From: Verrucomicrobiaceae bacterium
Lineage (GTDB): Bacteria > Pseudomonadota > Gammaproteobacteria > Pseudomonadales > CAMLJR01
Assembly: GCA_028293825.1 (NCBI GenBank)
Contig: JAQGNY010000027.1
Coordinates: forward strand, 17,531-81,530
DNA length: 64,000 nucleotides
Direction of reading: 5' to 3'
Position 1 is the first letter of the stretch. Each line of letters begins with the position of its first letter. The position numbers were made by a program, and so were the translations under genes. This document shows, piece after piece, positions 38,001 through 46,368 of the stretch. The notes under the pieces are model-generated. The model was given only the letters and a program-made list of their open reading frames with translations. It did no database searches and had not been told where the DNA came from.

Positions 38001-38154
38001 GATAATTGACGGTAACGGTGATGCCGGGAAAATCGATTTCCGGCATATCGATAACGGGCAGTTTGGTAAAGCTGATAATGCCCATGATCATCAGCAGCAC
38101 AAATAAAACAATCACCGGCATTGGGTTGCGGATCGACCAGGTGACGAAATTCAT
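35086..38154 (-). CDS. RND-family (AcrB-type) efflux permease
   Basis: 1022-aa ORF with 12 TM segments and two large periplasmic loops. The N-terminus is MNFVTWSIRNPMPVIVLFVLL, and the conserved TM4 region is VGVLVDDAIVEIENI. Its ATG overlaps the stop of the MFP gene (ATGA). Confidence 0.93.
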   Translation of the reverse strand: MNFVTWSIRNPMPVIVLFVLLMIMGIISFTKLPVIDMPEIDFPGITVTVNYPGVQPSQLETEVTRKIEDSVASVLGIRHINSTVSEGMSFTRIDFELDRDINEALDDVRDAVSRIRSDLPADANEPVISRINISGRPIITFAVAADNLSETELSWLVDLTLTRELSAVHGVGKISRVGGVAREIRVDLNFDRITSLGTTATDISRQLKRFQAEFPGGEARVGDGKQSIRTVGTINSLRDLAELPISLPDGRRVRLDNIATIRDQAAEREQIALLDGKQVVGFEITRAKGTSALDVAERVRAKVDELNQKNPHVKIQEISNTVDHIRESYHSSLEMLVEGALLAIIVVWYFLRDWRATLVSAIALPLSIFPTFWAMHALGYSLNNLTLLALSLVVGVLVDDAIVEIENIVRHLRQGKPPLEAARDAALEIGLAVIATTFTLCAVFVPVAFMGGIPGEFFRPFAFTATVSVLFSLLVARLLTPMLASRFLKPHDEHEETGPFTLRYVGWVQACLKHRRITLSASAVIIGLSIGVAPLVPKGFSTETDTGYAVLSIELPPGSTLENTRATAEIIRQRLQNFPEIKSMYTVMGRDAGNAVSATIASTRNADITIALVPRKERKLSQQKVQQRVLYELRDIPGIRLSYASDWASKMQLTFASDDPPLLDATMIGIERELRALPSIGQLTSKTSLLTPEVVIRPLPERAAELGVNTEAIALVARFATSGDVLMGLAKMNLPSRQLPIRVRLSDDARDNLDLIRLLPVPSKNGTVPLMNVAEVRLDTGPAQITRYDRSRVATIDVDLNGRALGDVMKSVATLPSIKQLPADVHQLAAGQIEFMVELFKGFGIAMLVGILSIYVVLVLLFKEFLQPITILSALPPSAAGAIVCLYVLGYSLSVPSLIGILMLMGIVTKNSILLVEYAEMARRDHHLPRTKALLDACAKRARPIVMTTIAMIAGMLPVALGFSGDSSFQTSMGAVVISGLLVSTALSLFVVPVVFSFIDDIQIKLSQLRGRPAAPVEQVQQ

Positions 38155-39302
38155 GGTTTGATGCTCGTCACAGCGCCTTGCGTTTTGCTCGAAACCACCC
38201 GCACGTGATCGCCGTCTTTCAAAAAGGCGGCGCCGGCTTCCACGATTTTGTCGCCGACGGCAAGACCGCTGCGCACTTCCAATAAGTCGCCGTCGATCTG
38301 GCCGGTTTCGATGCGGCGGCGCTCCACCGTTGAATCTTTGCGCACCACATACACATAGCTATAGCCGTCGTTTGCCACCACGCTGCTGAGCGGCACTACC
38401 TGCACGTCGGATTCCCCCAACGCAAATTCACCGCGCGCAAACATACCTGTGCGCGCCGGACCCGGGTTGGGGATTTCAACGTAAATCATCGCAGTGCGAT
38501 CGGAGGTATTTACCGTCGGTGCGACCACGCGAACGCTGCCGGTCAACGCGGCGCCGTCGGCAAGTTTGATCGTCACAAGCTGGCCTTTTTTAATGTGGAC
38601 GAGCAGCGCCTCGGGAATTTCCGCACGCCATTCGATGCGGCCATCGCGCAGCAGCCGAAACATTTCTTCATTAACCTGCGCAATTTGTCCGATGTTTACT
38701 TTACGCTCGCTGATTACACCGTCTGCCGGTGCCACGATATGGGCATAGCGCAAACGCAATTCGGCGGTATCGAGATTGGCTTGGGCCAATTCCGTTTCCG
38801 CTGCGCTCGATAACATTTCGCTTTGCGCGCGATCGAGATCGGCGACCGACAATAATTTCGATGACGCCAATGTTTTTGCGCGGTTGAAATCGGCACGCGC
38901 TTTCGCTTGTTGCGCCTGCGCTTTGCTCAGGGCGGCGCGTTTGGCGGCGCGCTCGGCATTTAACATGTCGGTACCCAGACGCGCCAGCTCATCGCCTTTG
39001 CGAACTTTATCGCCGACATCGACGCGCACATCGGTCACGCGATAACCGCCAACTTCCGGTCCAACGATTAATTCCTGCCACGGAAAAAACGAGCCCGTTG
39101 CCGTGGTCGTGCGCAGCAGCTGTTGAGTTTTTGTGCTGGTCGCCGTTACCGCCAACGAGGAAGGCGCCACCTCCGTTGGTGCGGGCTTCGATTTGACTTT
39201 AAATGCGATGGCGACGACCGCTGCGACTGCGACGACCGCGCCAATTTTTAAAATAGTTTTACGGGTAAAGAAGGAGCTTGGAGTTGCCACAGAATTCAAC
39301 AT
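38151..39302 (-). CDS. RND periplasmic adaptor (membrane fusion protein)
   Basis: HlyD_D23-type layout: TM anchor, lipoyl/hairpin segments (GGYRVTDVRVDVGDKVRKGDELARL ... coiled coil ... IVAPADGVISERKV) and a beta-barrel. The ORF-track start at 39353 is a TTG; I prefer the ATG at 39302 (MLNSVATPSS). Confidence 0.85.
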   Translation of the reverse strand: MLNSVATPSSFFTRKTILKIGAVVAVAAVVAIAFKVKSKPAPTEVAPSSLAVTATSTKTQQLLRTTTATGSFFPWQELIVGPEVGGYRVTDVRVDVGDKVRKGDELARLGTDMLNAERAAKRAALSKAQAQQAKARADFNRAKTLASSKLLSVADLDRAQSEMLSSAAETELAQANLDTAELRLRYAHIVAPADGVISERKVNIGQIAQVNEEMFRLLRDGRIEWRAEIPEALLVHIKKGQLVTIKLADGAALTGSVRVVAPTVNTSDRTAMIYVEIPNPGPARTGMFARGEFALGESDVQVVPLSSVVANDGYSYVYVVRKDSTVERRRIETGQIDGDLLEVRSGLAVGDKIVEAGAAFLKDGDHVRVVSSKTQGAVTSIKP

Positions 39303-39320
39303 CGCTACGATATAAGGCTC

Positions 39321-39347
39321 CTGATATAATATCAGTTTCCTGATATA
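39321..39347. promoter_or_regulatory. Candidate MarR operator in the divergent promoter region
   Basis: CTGATAT-A-ATATCAG is a perfect 7-1-7 palindrome (39321-39335) that contains TATAAT. A third half-site CTGATATA lies at 39340-39347. The element sits between the MFP start (39302) and the marR start (39437). Confidence 0.45.
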
Positions 39348-39436
39348 GTGCAATTGCCCTGCTATCTGTTTTCACTACTTGTTCTCAATACGCCGATATA
39401 AATCGATGGCGATTGCGATAATCCAGCTGGAGCCCT

Positions 39437-39907
39437 ATGAGCCCCTTACCCAAAAACACAAAAAAGAAATTGCCTGTACCCGATGAGCATGTCGGATATT
39501 TATTGAGAAATCTCGTCCATGGCCTGCGCCAGGCAACAGAAACTGCGTTTCGTCAGGCTGGGCTTGAGTTATCGATGACGCACTTGGGCACGTTGTTCAG
39601 GATTTACACCGACCCGGGATTACCCGGCGCGCAGCTTGCGAAAAAACTGTATATCACCGCGCAATCGATGAACGAAGTGTTGAAAACTCTGGAGGACGGT
39701 GCGCTGGTCGAGCGCCAGCCGCATCCCGACAATCAGCGCGCGCATCGCTGGTTTATTACCGACGCGGGATTCGACAAATTGATGAGTTCCGGCGAGTACA
39801 GCAACAGCGTGTTCGAACAAATGCAGTCGCAGCTTTCAAAAGAAGAGAAGGTTCAATTTATAGATTTATTGAAACGCTGCATCGCAGGATTAAACGCAGC
39901 GGATTAG
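39437..39907 (+). CDS. MarR-family transcriptional regulator, divergent from the RND operon
   Basis: 156-aa ORF with a winged-helix core (LSMTHLGTLFRIYTDPGLPGAQLAKKLYITAQSMNEVLKTLEDGALVERQPHPDNQRAH). Confidence 0.85.
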   Translation: MSPLPKNTKKKLPVPDEHVGYLLRNLVHGLRQATETAFRQAGLELSMTHLGTLFRIYTDPGLPGAQLAKKLYITAQSMNEVLKTLEDGALVERQPHPDNQRAHRWFITDAGFDKLMSSGEYSNSVFEQMQSQLSKEEKVQFIDLLKRCIAGLNAAD

Positions 39908-40292
39908 CAACGAGCGCTGCACCATTTCTAATTTCTTAATGGTGTCGGCGCATTCAGTTTTTATCGTGTGTTATTAAGCGAAACCCTTTGTTAAATACTT
40001 TGTTCACCGCTACAGCAAGCTGCGCATTCACCGCGGCCTGCCGTTCCCTCTCTACAAATTTAAATTACCCGACATCGAGCGCTAGAATTTTCGCCACCGA
40101 ACACGCAACAGCTTAAGCAGCAAAGCTTGCGTACCATTACAGATGCGGCAATCTTCAGGCGTAACAGTTTTGCTACAGGCTTATCTGTGCTGGTTCTAAA
40201 TAAAAAAATCTGAATCTGTTACGAATGCTGTTCTTTCCATAGACTGGCTTCCTCTCGAATTGCTATTTCATTCGCGCTAGGAAGACTTCGCC

Positions 40293-41192
40293 ATGACCGA
40301 CGCACAATCCCTTTGCTGGCAGAACAATCGTATCGTCGATGCCGCGACCGCGACTATTTCCGTGCTCGATCATGGGCTGCTATATGGCGACGGCGTGTTC
40401 GAAGGGATTCGTTTTTACCGGCGTCGACCGTTTCGATTGGCGGCGCATTTGCAGCGCTTGATCGATTCGGCGCGTGCGATCGGCTTATCCATTCCACTGA
40501 CCAGTGACGACTTGAGCAATGCCATCACCGCGTTGATTGCGGCGTTCGGTAACGACGACGGTTATCTGCGCCTAGTAGTTACGCGCGGTGCGGGGCCGAT
40601 GGGTTTGGACCCGAGCCGCTGCGAAAATCCGCAGGTATTTATTGTAGCGAGCGCACTGCAATTGATCTCCACTGAGCGACGTCTTGCCGGCGCTGCCGTA
40701 ATTATTGCGGCGACGCGGCGACTGAGTGCCGATGGTCTCGACCCGCGAATTAAAAGTTTAAATTATTTAAACCATATTCTGGCGCGCATGGAGGCCAATC
40801 ACGCCGGCGCGGACGAAGCGATTTTATTAAACAGCGCAGGTCGAGTAACCGAAGGTAGCGCCGATAATGTTTTTGTTGTTAAGCGTGGCACATTGTTTAC
40901 GCCGCCAATTTATGAGGGCGCGCTCGACGGTATCACGCGCGGCGTTGTAATCGAATTGGCTCAAGAGTTGGAACTTCCGCTGCGCGAAATTCCAATCGCA
41001 CCTTATGACCTGCACACCGCCGATGAAATTTTTCTGACCGGAACCGGCGCCGAATTAATTCCGGTACGCCAGGTAGATGGACGTCCTGTACAACATTGCC
41101 CCGGTCCAATTTTTCAACGGATTGAGCAGGCATTTAAAGTTTGCATTGAAAGAGACGCAGAAAAAGAAAATGAGTGGGGGCATCTGCGATGA
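40293..41192 (+). CDS. Class IV (fold-type IV) aminotransferase, branched-chain amino acid / D-amino acid type
   Basis: 299-aa ORF with LLYGDGVFEGIRFY, the catalytic-Lys region IKSLNYLNHILA, and EGSADNVF...TPP...LDGITR. Confidence 0.85.
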   Translation: MTDAQSLCWQNNRIVDAATATISVLDHGLLYGDGVFEGIRFYRRRPFRLAAHLQRLIDSARAIGLSIPLTSDDLSNAITALIAAFGNDDGYLRLVVTRGAGPMGLDPSRCENPQVFIVASALQLISTERRLAGAAVIIAATRRLSADGLDPRIKSLNYLNHILARMEANHAGADEAILLNSAGRVTEGSADNVFVVKRGTLFTPPIYEGALDGITRGVVIELAQELELPLREIPIAPYDLHTADEIFLTGTGAELIPVRQVDGRPVQHCPGPIFQRIEQAFKVCIERDAEKENEWGHLR

Positions 41193-41494
41193 AAAAACAC
41201 ATTACCGAAGCACGCTTCAATCTACGCAAACAGGTCGTTACTGCGTGCGTGTTAGTTATCGCAAGCTCGGCGTCTTTTGCGTGTCCATGCTGGCAAACTA
41301 CTACGGCGATTATGGGCGGAATTTGCCTGTTGTTTTTTATGGGGCGATATTTGAGTTTCAAAAAACCCGTAGTGCCGCCGGCTTCAAATGGAGAAAAAAA
41401 TGGAATCGATCAATCTGCTTCGAGAGTTTTACCGTTACAACACGCTTGCCAATCAGCACATTTACGCAGTGTGCGCGACCGTTCCAGACAGTGA
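41189..41494 (+). CDS. Possible small 2-TM protein, translationally coupled to the aminotransferase
   Basis: The ATG at 41189 overlaps the upstream stop (ATGA). The translation is MKKHITEARFNLRKQVVTACVLVIASSASFACPCWQTTTAIMGGICLLFFMGRYL... Its 3' third overlaps the dinB-family start in another frame, so the true end is uncertain. Confidence 0.3.
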   Translation: MKKHITEARFNLRKQVVTACVLVIASSASFACPCWQTTTAIMGGICLLFFMGRYLSFKKPVVPPASNGEKNGIDQSASRVLPLQHACQSAHLRSVRDRSRQ

Positions 41495-41894
41495 GCGCAA
41501 GCGCGATCTCGGCGCATTTTTTCACTCCATTCACGGCACGCTGAATCATTTACTGTTAACGGATTGCATCTGGCTGGGGCGGCTCAAGGCAGTTGAGTTT
41601 CCAGTACGTACTTTACGCGACGAGTTGCACACTGACTTTGCCGAACTGGCGCGCGAGCGTGAGAAAACGGACGGGGAATTCGACACGCTTTTATATACTT
41701 ATTTAGAAGCAGATTTGGATTGCGATCTGACTTATACCAGTATTGCCAATGGCATAACGCGTAGTTATCCGCCGCGCGATGTGCTGCTGCATATATGTAA
41801 TCACCAAACGCATCATCGCGGTCAGATCACCGCGTTGATTCAGCAACTGGGATTCGATTATGGCGATATCGATTTATTGTTTATGCCGCGCTAG
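41388..41894 (+). CDS. DinB-family (four-helix-bundle, metal-binding) protein
   Basis: 168-aa ORF with FYRYNTLANQHIY, HSIHGTLNHLL and ICNHQTHHRGQITALI, the DinB His triad. The start could be the ATG at 41400. Confidence 0.8.
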   Translation: MEKKMESINLLREFYRYNTLANQHIYAVCATVPDSERKRDLGAFFHSIHGTLNHLLLTDCIWLGRLKAVEFPVRTLRDELHTDFAELAREREKTDGEFDTLLYTYLEADLDCDLTYTSIANGITRSYPPRDVLLHICNHQTHHRGQITALIQQLGFDYGDIDLLFMPR

Positions 41895-42728
41895 TACGGA
41901 ACTGAGCAATTGCGACCAGAGTGCCACCCAACAACAGGTGTGATCCACGCCTTTCAAAATAATTAATGGCGCATTGAAGCGATCGGTGAAGGTTTTGGTT
42001 ATTGCAACGGGCACATTATTATCGTTGGCACCGGCGAAATGATGTTGAGTGAGATCGGCGCACGGCTTAAATACATCGACAGGATTTAGCGACAAGCTCA
42101 GCGGCGAAAAATTATGCAGTGCGGTCCATTGTTCGGTATCGAGATTCGCTGCAACAGTAATTAATGTCACTGGCTTTGGCAGCGCGCAAGCAATTAATGT
42201 TGCAATCGTGCCGCCACCGCTGTAACCGATTAATACAACGCGACGCGGATTTTTTTCGACGATGTAGCGGGTCGCTACGGTACGGATGTCATCGATTATT
42301 TGTTGCGAATAACGTGCGTTAGTCCAATCACTGGTCGCGCAATGCGGATCTGCTCCAATAGCGTAATGATTGAAATAACACGGACGCCCGAGATAAATAG
42401 CGGCGCTGCTATCCTGGTACATTAATTCAAGCGCGAGTGGATTGCTCGGCGTGGGATCGCGCGCCGGTTGATCGCCAATCCACGGTGAGCCATCCCCCTC
42501 GATATAAATGTGAAGTTCGTCGCGTTGCTCAGAGAGAGAAGGTCCAGTGACTATATGCTGGGCAACAAAATGTTCGATCACAAAATGTTTGAAGTAAGCA
42601 GATTGCTCAACAATTTTGTATTCGCGATTAGTGAAGGCCCGGTCGTACGGCGATTGCGCGCATCCCGTTATAAGTGCCATAAGCACATAGATCGGAAATG
42701 CCTTTTTTAAATTATTTTTGAAAGCCAT
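41874..42728 (-). CDS. Lipoprotein serine hydrolase (alpha/beta fold), family not recognised
   Basis: Preferred start at ATG 42728 (MAFKNNLKKAFPIYVLMALITGCAQ, a lipobox). It has the nucleophile elbow LIGYSGGG and a C-terminal Asp/His (GANDNNV, VDHTCCW). The ORF track extends to 42785. Confidence 0.7.
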   Translation of the reverse strand: MAFKNNLKKAFPIYVLMALITGCAQSPYDRAFTNREYKIVEQSAYFKHFVIEHFVAQHIVTGPSLSEQRDELHIYIEGDGSPWIGDQPARDPTPSNPLALELMYQDSSAAIYLGRPCYFNHYAIGADPHCATSDWTNARYSQQIIDDIRTVATRYIVEKNPRRVVLIGYSGGGTIATLIACALPKPVTLITVAANLDTEQWTALHNFSPLSLSLNPVDVFKPCADLTQHHFAGANDNNVPVAITKTFTDRFNAPLIILKGVDHTCCWVALWSQLLSSVLARHKQ

Positions 42729-42831
42729 TACCTGATTAAAGTCTATTGACCACTGCGTATAGCCAGCGGTATGGTTGCGGCCCACGGAAAGCTCAGTATT
42801 TATTTGAGCGGCTCATATAATATTTTCAGGG

Positions 42832-44649
42832 ATGTTGACGATGTTAATCCGCGCCTTTTCATTTCGAAAATTATTTCTATTTTTACCCGCCAGCGCTATT
42901 TATTTATGCGCACTCTCTGCGTGTCAAACACCGACCGATAGTCATAAAGCGACAAACTTAGCAAATAGCGCCGAGAATGCGAACAGGTCGCAGGATACTA
43001 TTAATTCACCGCGCGCTATCAATTCAAGCGGTCCTGCCGATTCCAAGAGTGCCGATTCAATAAATACAGACTCAAAAAATACTGCCTCAAAAGATAATAG
43101 TGCCCACACGCAGAATGCGCAGCGCATTTCCGAATTGCAGATAGTTGACTGTTTATTGCCCGGGCAAATGCGCATGTTGGGCAATTCGAGTTATTTAACG
43201 CCGCGGCGCCCCGTTCGTACCACGGCTGCCGATTGTAAAATTCGTGGCGGCGAATATATCGCCTACGACCGCGCCGACTATAAAACGGCATTAAACGTGT
43301 GGCTGGAAGCGGCACAAAGCGGCGATGCTGAAGCGCAAGTTAATGTCGGAGAAATTTTTGAGCGCGGTTTGGGCGGTCAGCCTAATTACGACGCGGCATT
43401 AATCTGGTATCAAAAAGCAGCGGAGCAGGGCAATCGTCGTGCGCAATTTAATCTCGGCACTTTTTATGAGCAGGGCTTCGGTGTTGAAAAAGACCCAGTC
43501 ATTGCACTTAATTGGTATCGCAAGGCATGGGGGCTGCCGGCCAATGAAATCGGCTTCAAATCTTATTGGGAAAAAACGGCGAGCGCTGAGCGCGAGCAAT
43601 TGCAGCAATCGGTACAAAATAAAGACCGGCAAATAAGCGTGTTGGAGCAGCAGGTTTCAGCGCTACGTAGAAAAATTCCTGAAGTGACGACTGGCTCGAC
43701 ACCGAAATCCGATCCGGCACTGACTGCACAAATCGATTCGCTGCAAGAGCTGGTTAAAGAGCTTTCCGCACAGCGACAAGTTACGTTTGCAAAAGCCGAA
43801 TCCATTCAATTGCGCCAACCGCTACGTACTGAAACGCAAAGTACATCCGATGCTGTCGCACAGCCGTTACGTGCCGGCAATTATCAATTCGGACGTTTTT
43901 ATGCGCTGGTCATCGGCGATGAGCAATACCAGAAAATCGAATCGCTGAAGACCCCACTTAACGATGCTGATGAAATCAGTGCGTTATTGCAAAACCGTTA
44001 TGGCTTTAAAGTCACGCAGCTGCGCAATGCCGACAATGTCACCATTATGGAAGCTATCAATAATCTCAATAATGTCTTAACCGAAGGGGATAATTTGCTG
44101 ATTTATTATGCAGGCCACGGCAGCCGCACGCAGTCGGGCACGGCGGAAACTGGTTTTTGGTTGCCGGTTAATGCAGACCCGCCACCCCGCGATACTTATT
44201 GGGTGAGCAATGATTTTGTCACCCGCCATATCGCGCATTTCAAAGCCAAACGAGTGCTCGTGGTGGCCGATTCGTGTTACGCGGGATTGTTATCTAGCGA
44301 GCCCGGGTTTTTATTATTGGGCGCGAATGGGGTGCCGTCGGCAGATTATATTCGTTACAAAATCGATCGGCGTGCGCGCTTGCTACTGGCCAGCGGCGGC
44401 GATTTTCCGGTGCTCGATAATGGCGGCGATACACACTCGGTATTTGCCGATGCATTCATCAGCGTATTGCGCGATAACACGCGTTTATTAACTGGGCCGG
44501 AACTGTATCGAGAAGTTAAAAGTCGCGTACAAAAATCGGCGAGCGCGCTGCAGTTCCAACAAGAGCCGGTTTATAAAGCGATTAAAGAAGCGGGGCACGA
44601 AGTCGGCGATTTCTTTTTTGTTCCAACTGCCGCGACTGCGATGCGGTAG
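42832..44649 (+). CDS. Lipoprotein with Sel1 repeats, a coiled coil and a C-terminal caspase-like (peptidase C14) domain
   Basis: 605-aa ORF. The lipobox is LCALSAC. A Ser/Asn/Asp/Lys-rich linker is followed by three Sel1-like repeats (AEAQVNVGEIFERGLGG, YQKAAEQGNRRAQFNLGTFYEQGFGV, WYRKA) and a heptad-rich segment. The caspase core has LLIYYAGHGS (His) and VLVVADSCYAG (Cys). Confidence 0.8.
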   Translation: MLTMLIRAFSFRKLFLFLPASAIYLCALSACQTPTDSHKATNLANSAENANRSQDTINSPRAINSSGPADSKSADSINTDSKNTASKDNSAHTQNAQRISELQIVDCLLPGQMRMLGNSSYLTPRRPVRTTAADCKIRGGEYIAYDRADYKTALNVWLEAAQSGDAEAQVNVGEIFERGLGGQPNYDAALIWYQKAAEQGNRRAQFNLGTFYEQGFGVEKDPVIALNWYRKAWGLPANEIGFKSYWEKTASAEREQLQQSVQNKDRQISVLEQQVSALRRKIPEVTTGSTPKSDPALTAQIDSLQELVKELSAQRQVTFAKAESIQLRQPLRTETQSTSDAVAQPLRAGNYQFGRFYALVIGDEQYQKIESLKTPLNDADEISALLQNRYGFKVTQLRNADNVTIMEAINNLNNVLTEGDNLLIYYAGHGSRTQSGTAETGFWLPVNADPPPRDTYWVSNDFVTRHIAHFKAKRVLVVADSCYAGLLSSEPGFLLLGANGVPSADYIRYKIDRRARLLLASGGDFPVLDNGGDTHSVFADAFISVLRDNTRLLTGPELYREVKSRVQKSASALQFQQEPVYKAIKEAGHEVGDFFFVPTAATAMR

Positions 44650-44753
44650 TTATTCACCATTAACTACACATCAATTAATACCCAGCACCTAAAAGCGAAG
44701 AATTGACTCGAGCTTTTTAAAATTTAAAAAATTACAGAGAGTGAGAAGGAGCG

Positions 44754-46268
44754 ATGGTCAGGAGCATGAAAAAACTCAATAAATATTTATGTAAAGCGCC
44801 AGTTCTCTTGCGCACGGCGCCGATTATGGCAGGCTATTTAATAATGACAGCATCGCCGGCGCATGCCGATCTGACCGCGCTGTTCGGCAAATTCGCAAAC
44901 GATATCGAAGAGCGTTCGGCTGTCGCCACCCAGGCGGTTTATGACCAACTCAAAACAGCAGGTTGTAGCGATCTGCAAGCGGGCCCCACACAAGCGTGTG
45001 CAGGCGGCACTTATTTGGTGTGGCGCAACGTGCGTGAAGTTGTGCACAACGCCAATGTGCTGACCGGTGCTACCGAAGAGCCCACTAATTTTTCGCTCGG
45101 TCGCCCCTCTGTAGCGCTGTTAGGGCGTGCGCTGCGCTGGTGTAATGGCGAAGAGTTCAGCTCGATGGGATCGCTGTCGAACAGTTTTGTTAATTCGCAG
45201 GTGGGCAGTTTAGCTGCGCGTATTACTGCGCTGCGCTTTGGCGCCAGCGGTTTTCGTCTCGCGGGTAGTTCGTTTGGCGATTCGCCGCAATTGGCACAAG
45301 TCGGTTCGCGCGGCGGTGCTGCAGGTGCCGATAGCTGGTCGCGGCTCGGCGGCTTTATCAATGTCAGCTACAACGATGGTGATAAAGATCTGACTTCGCG
45401 TGAAGATGCTTTTTCGTTCGATGGGCGCTCTATTAATGCCGGTTTCGATTTTCGTATTGATGCCAATTGGGTTGCCGGTGTCATGCTCGGTTATCAAAAC
45501 CAAGATTTGGATTTCGACACCACTGCGACGGTCGAAGCGAAATCGAAAATGCACGGCGTTTCGCTATTGCCATTTATTCTGTATCAATCCGATGCATGGT
45601 ACGCGAGCGCATCGCTCGGCTATCAGCGCATGAATTTCGATTTAAATCGTCACGTCAATTATGGCTCGGGCGCGCTCGCAGCTGTGGCCGTACAACACAA
45701 TACGGTCGATGACAGCGGCACCGACGCGAATAGTTTTACCTCGTATAACACGGTTGGTTATTCGTTCAGCCCGAGCGCGCCGTGGACTATCGAACCATCG
45801 CTATCGATCGATTATCAACATATTGCTATCGACGGATTTACCGAGCGCGATGTGCAGAATCAAGGCTTCAATTTCGCCGTCGATAAACAAATCGTGCAAT
45901 CGTTGGAGGCCATTCCTGCCGTGCGTGCGCAGTACGCATTTAAACCGAGCTACGGCGTTTGGGTTCCGTTTGTCGATGCGCAATGGCATACGCAATTTAA
46001 AAACGATTCGCGCAACATCAAAGCGTTGTATGCCGATGCCGGTGGATTATTAACTGACGCGGCTCAATTTGAGATCGCCACCGACGCGCTTGATAAACAT
46101 TACTGGGTTTATACAGTCGGGCTGTCGGCTGTTCTGCGTGGTGCCGCACCGCATGGCACCGAAGTCGCCGCTGGAGGACTGCAAGCGTTCGTGAATTACC
46201 GCTGGTATGAAGGCATGGAAAATTATTCGCAACAAGTTGTCTCTGCGGGATTGCGTTACGAGTTTTAA
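44754..46268 (+). CDS. Type Va autotransporter beta-barrel protein with a very short passenger
   Basis: 504-aa ORF preceded by the RBS GAAGGAG. The signal peptide ends in ...SPAHA. A passenger of roughly 130 aa carries 3 Cys, followed by the linker helix SQVGSLAARITALRFG. The rest shows alternating beta-strand patterns and ends in the OMP signature ...GLRYEF. Confidence 0.8.
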   Translation: MVRSMKKLNKYLCKAPVLLRTAPIMAGYLIMTASPAHADLTALFGKFANDIEERSAVATQAVYDQLKTAGCSDLQAGPTQACAGGTYLVWRNVREVVHNANVLTGATEEPTNFSLGRPSVALLGRALRWCNGEEFSSMGSLSNSFVNSQVGSLAARITALRFGASGFRLAGSSFGDSPQLAQVGSRGGAAGADSWSRLGGFINVSYNDGDKDLTSREDAFSFDGRSINAGFDFRIDANWVAGVMLGYQNQDLDFDTTATVEAKSKMHGVSLLPFILYQSDAWYASASLGYQRMNFDLNRHVNYGSGALAAVAVQHNTVDDSGTDANSFTSYNTVGYSFSPSAPWTIEPSLSIDYQHIAIDGFTERDVQNQGFNFAVDKQIVQSLEAIPAVRAQYAFKPSYGVWVPFVDAQWHTQFKNDSRNIKALYADAGGLLTDAAQFEIATDALDKHYWVYTVGLSAVLRGAAPHGTEVAAGGLQAFVNYRWYEGMENYSQQVVSAGLRYEF

Positions 46269-46368
46269 CTCGCGAGGTTTTATTAAGTCGTGCAGCATAA
46301 GTCAGTAACAGGAAATATATCGAAAATTTTTTCGGTATTGCAGCAAAAATAATCATTAAAACGACGTA

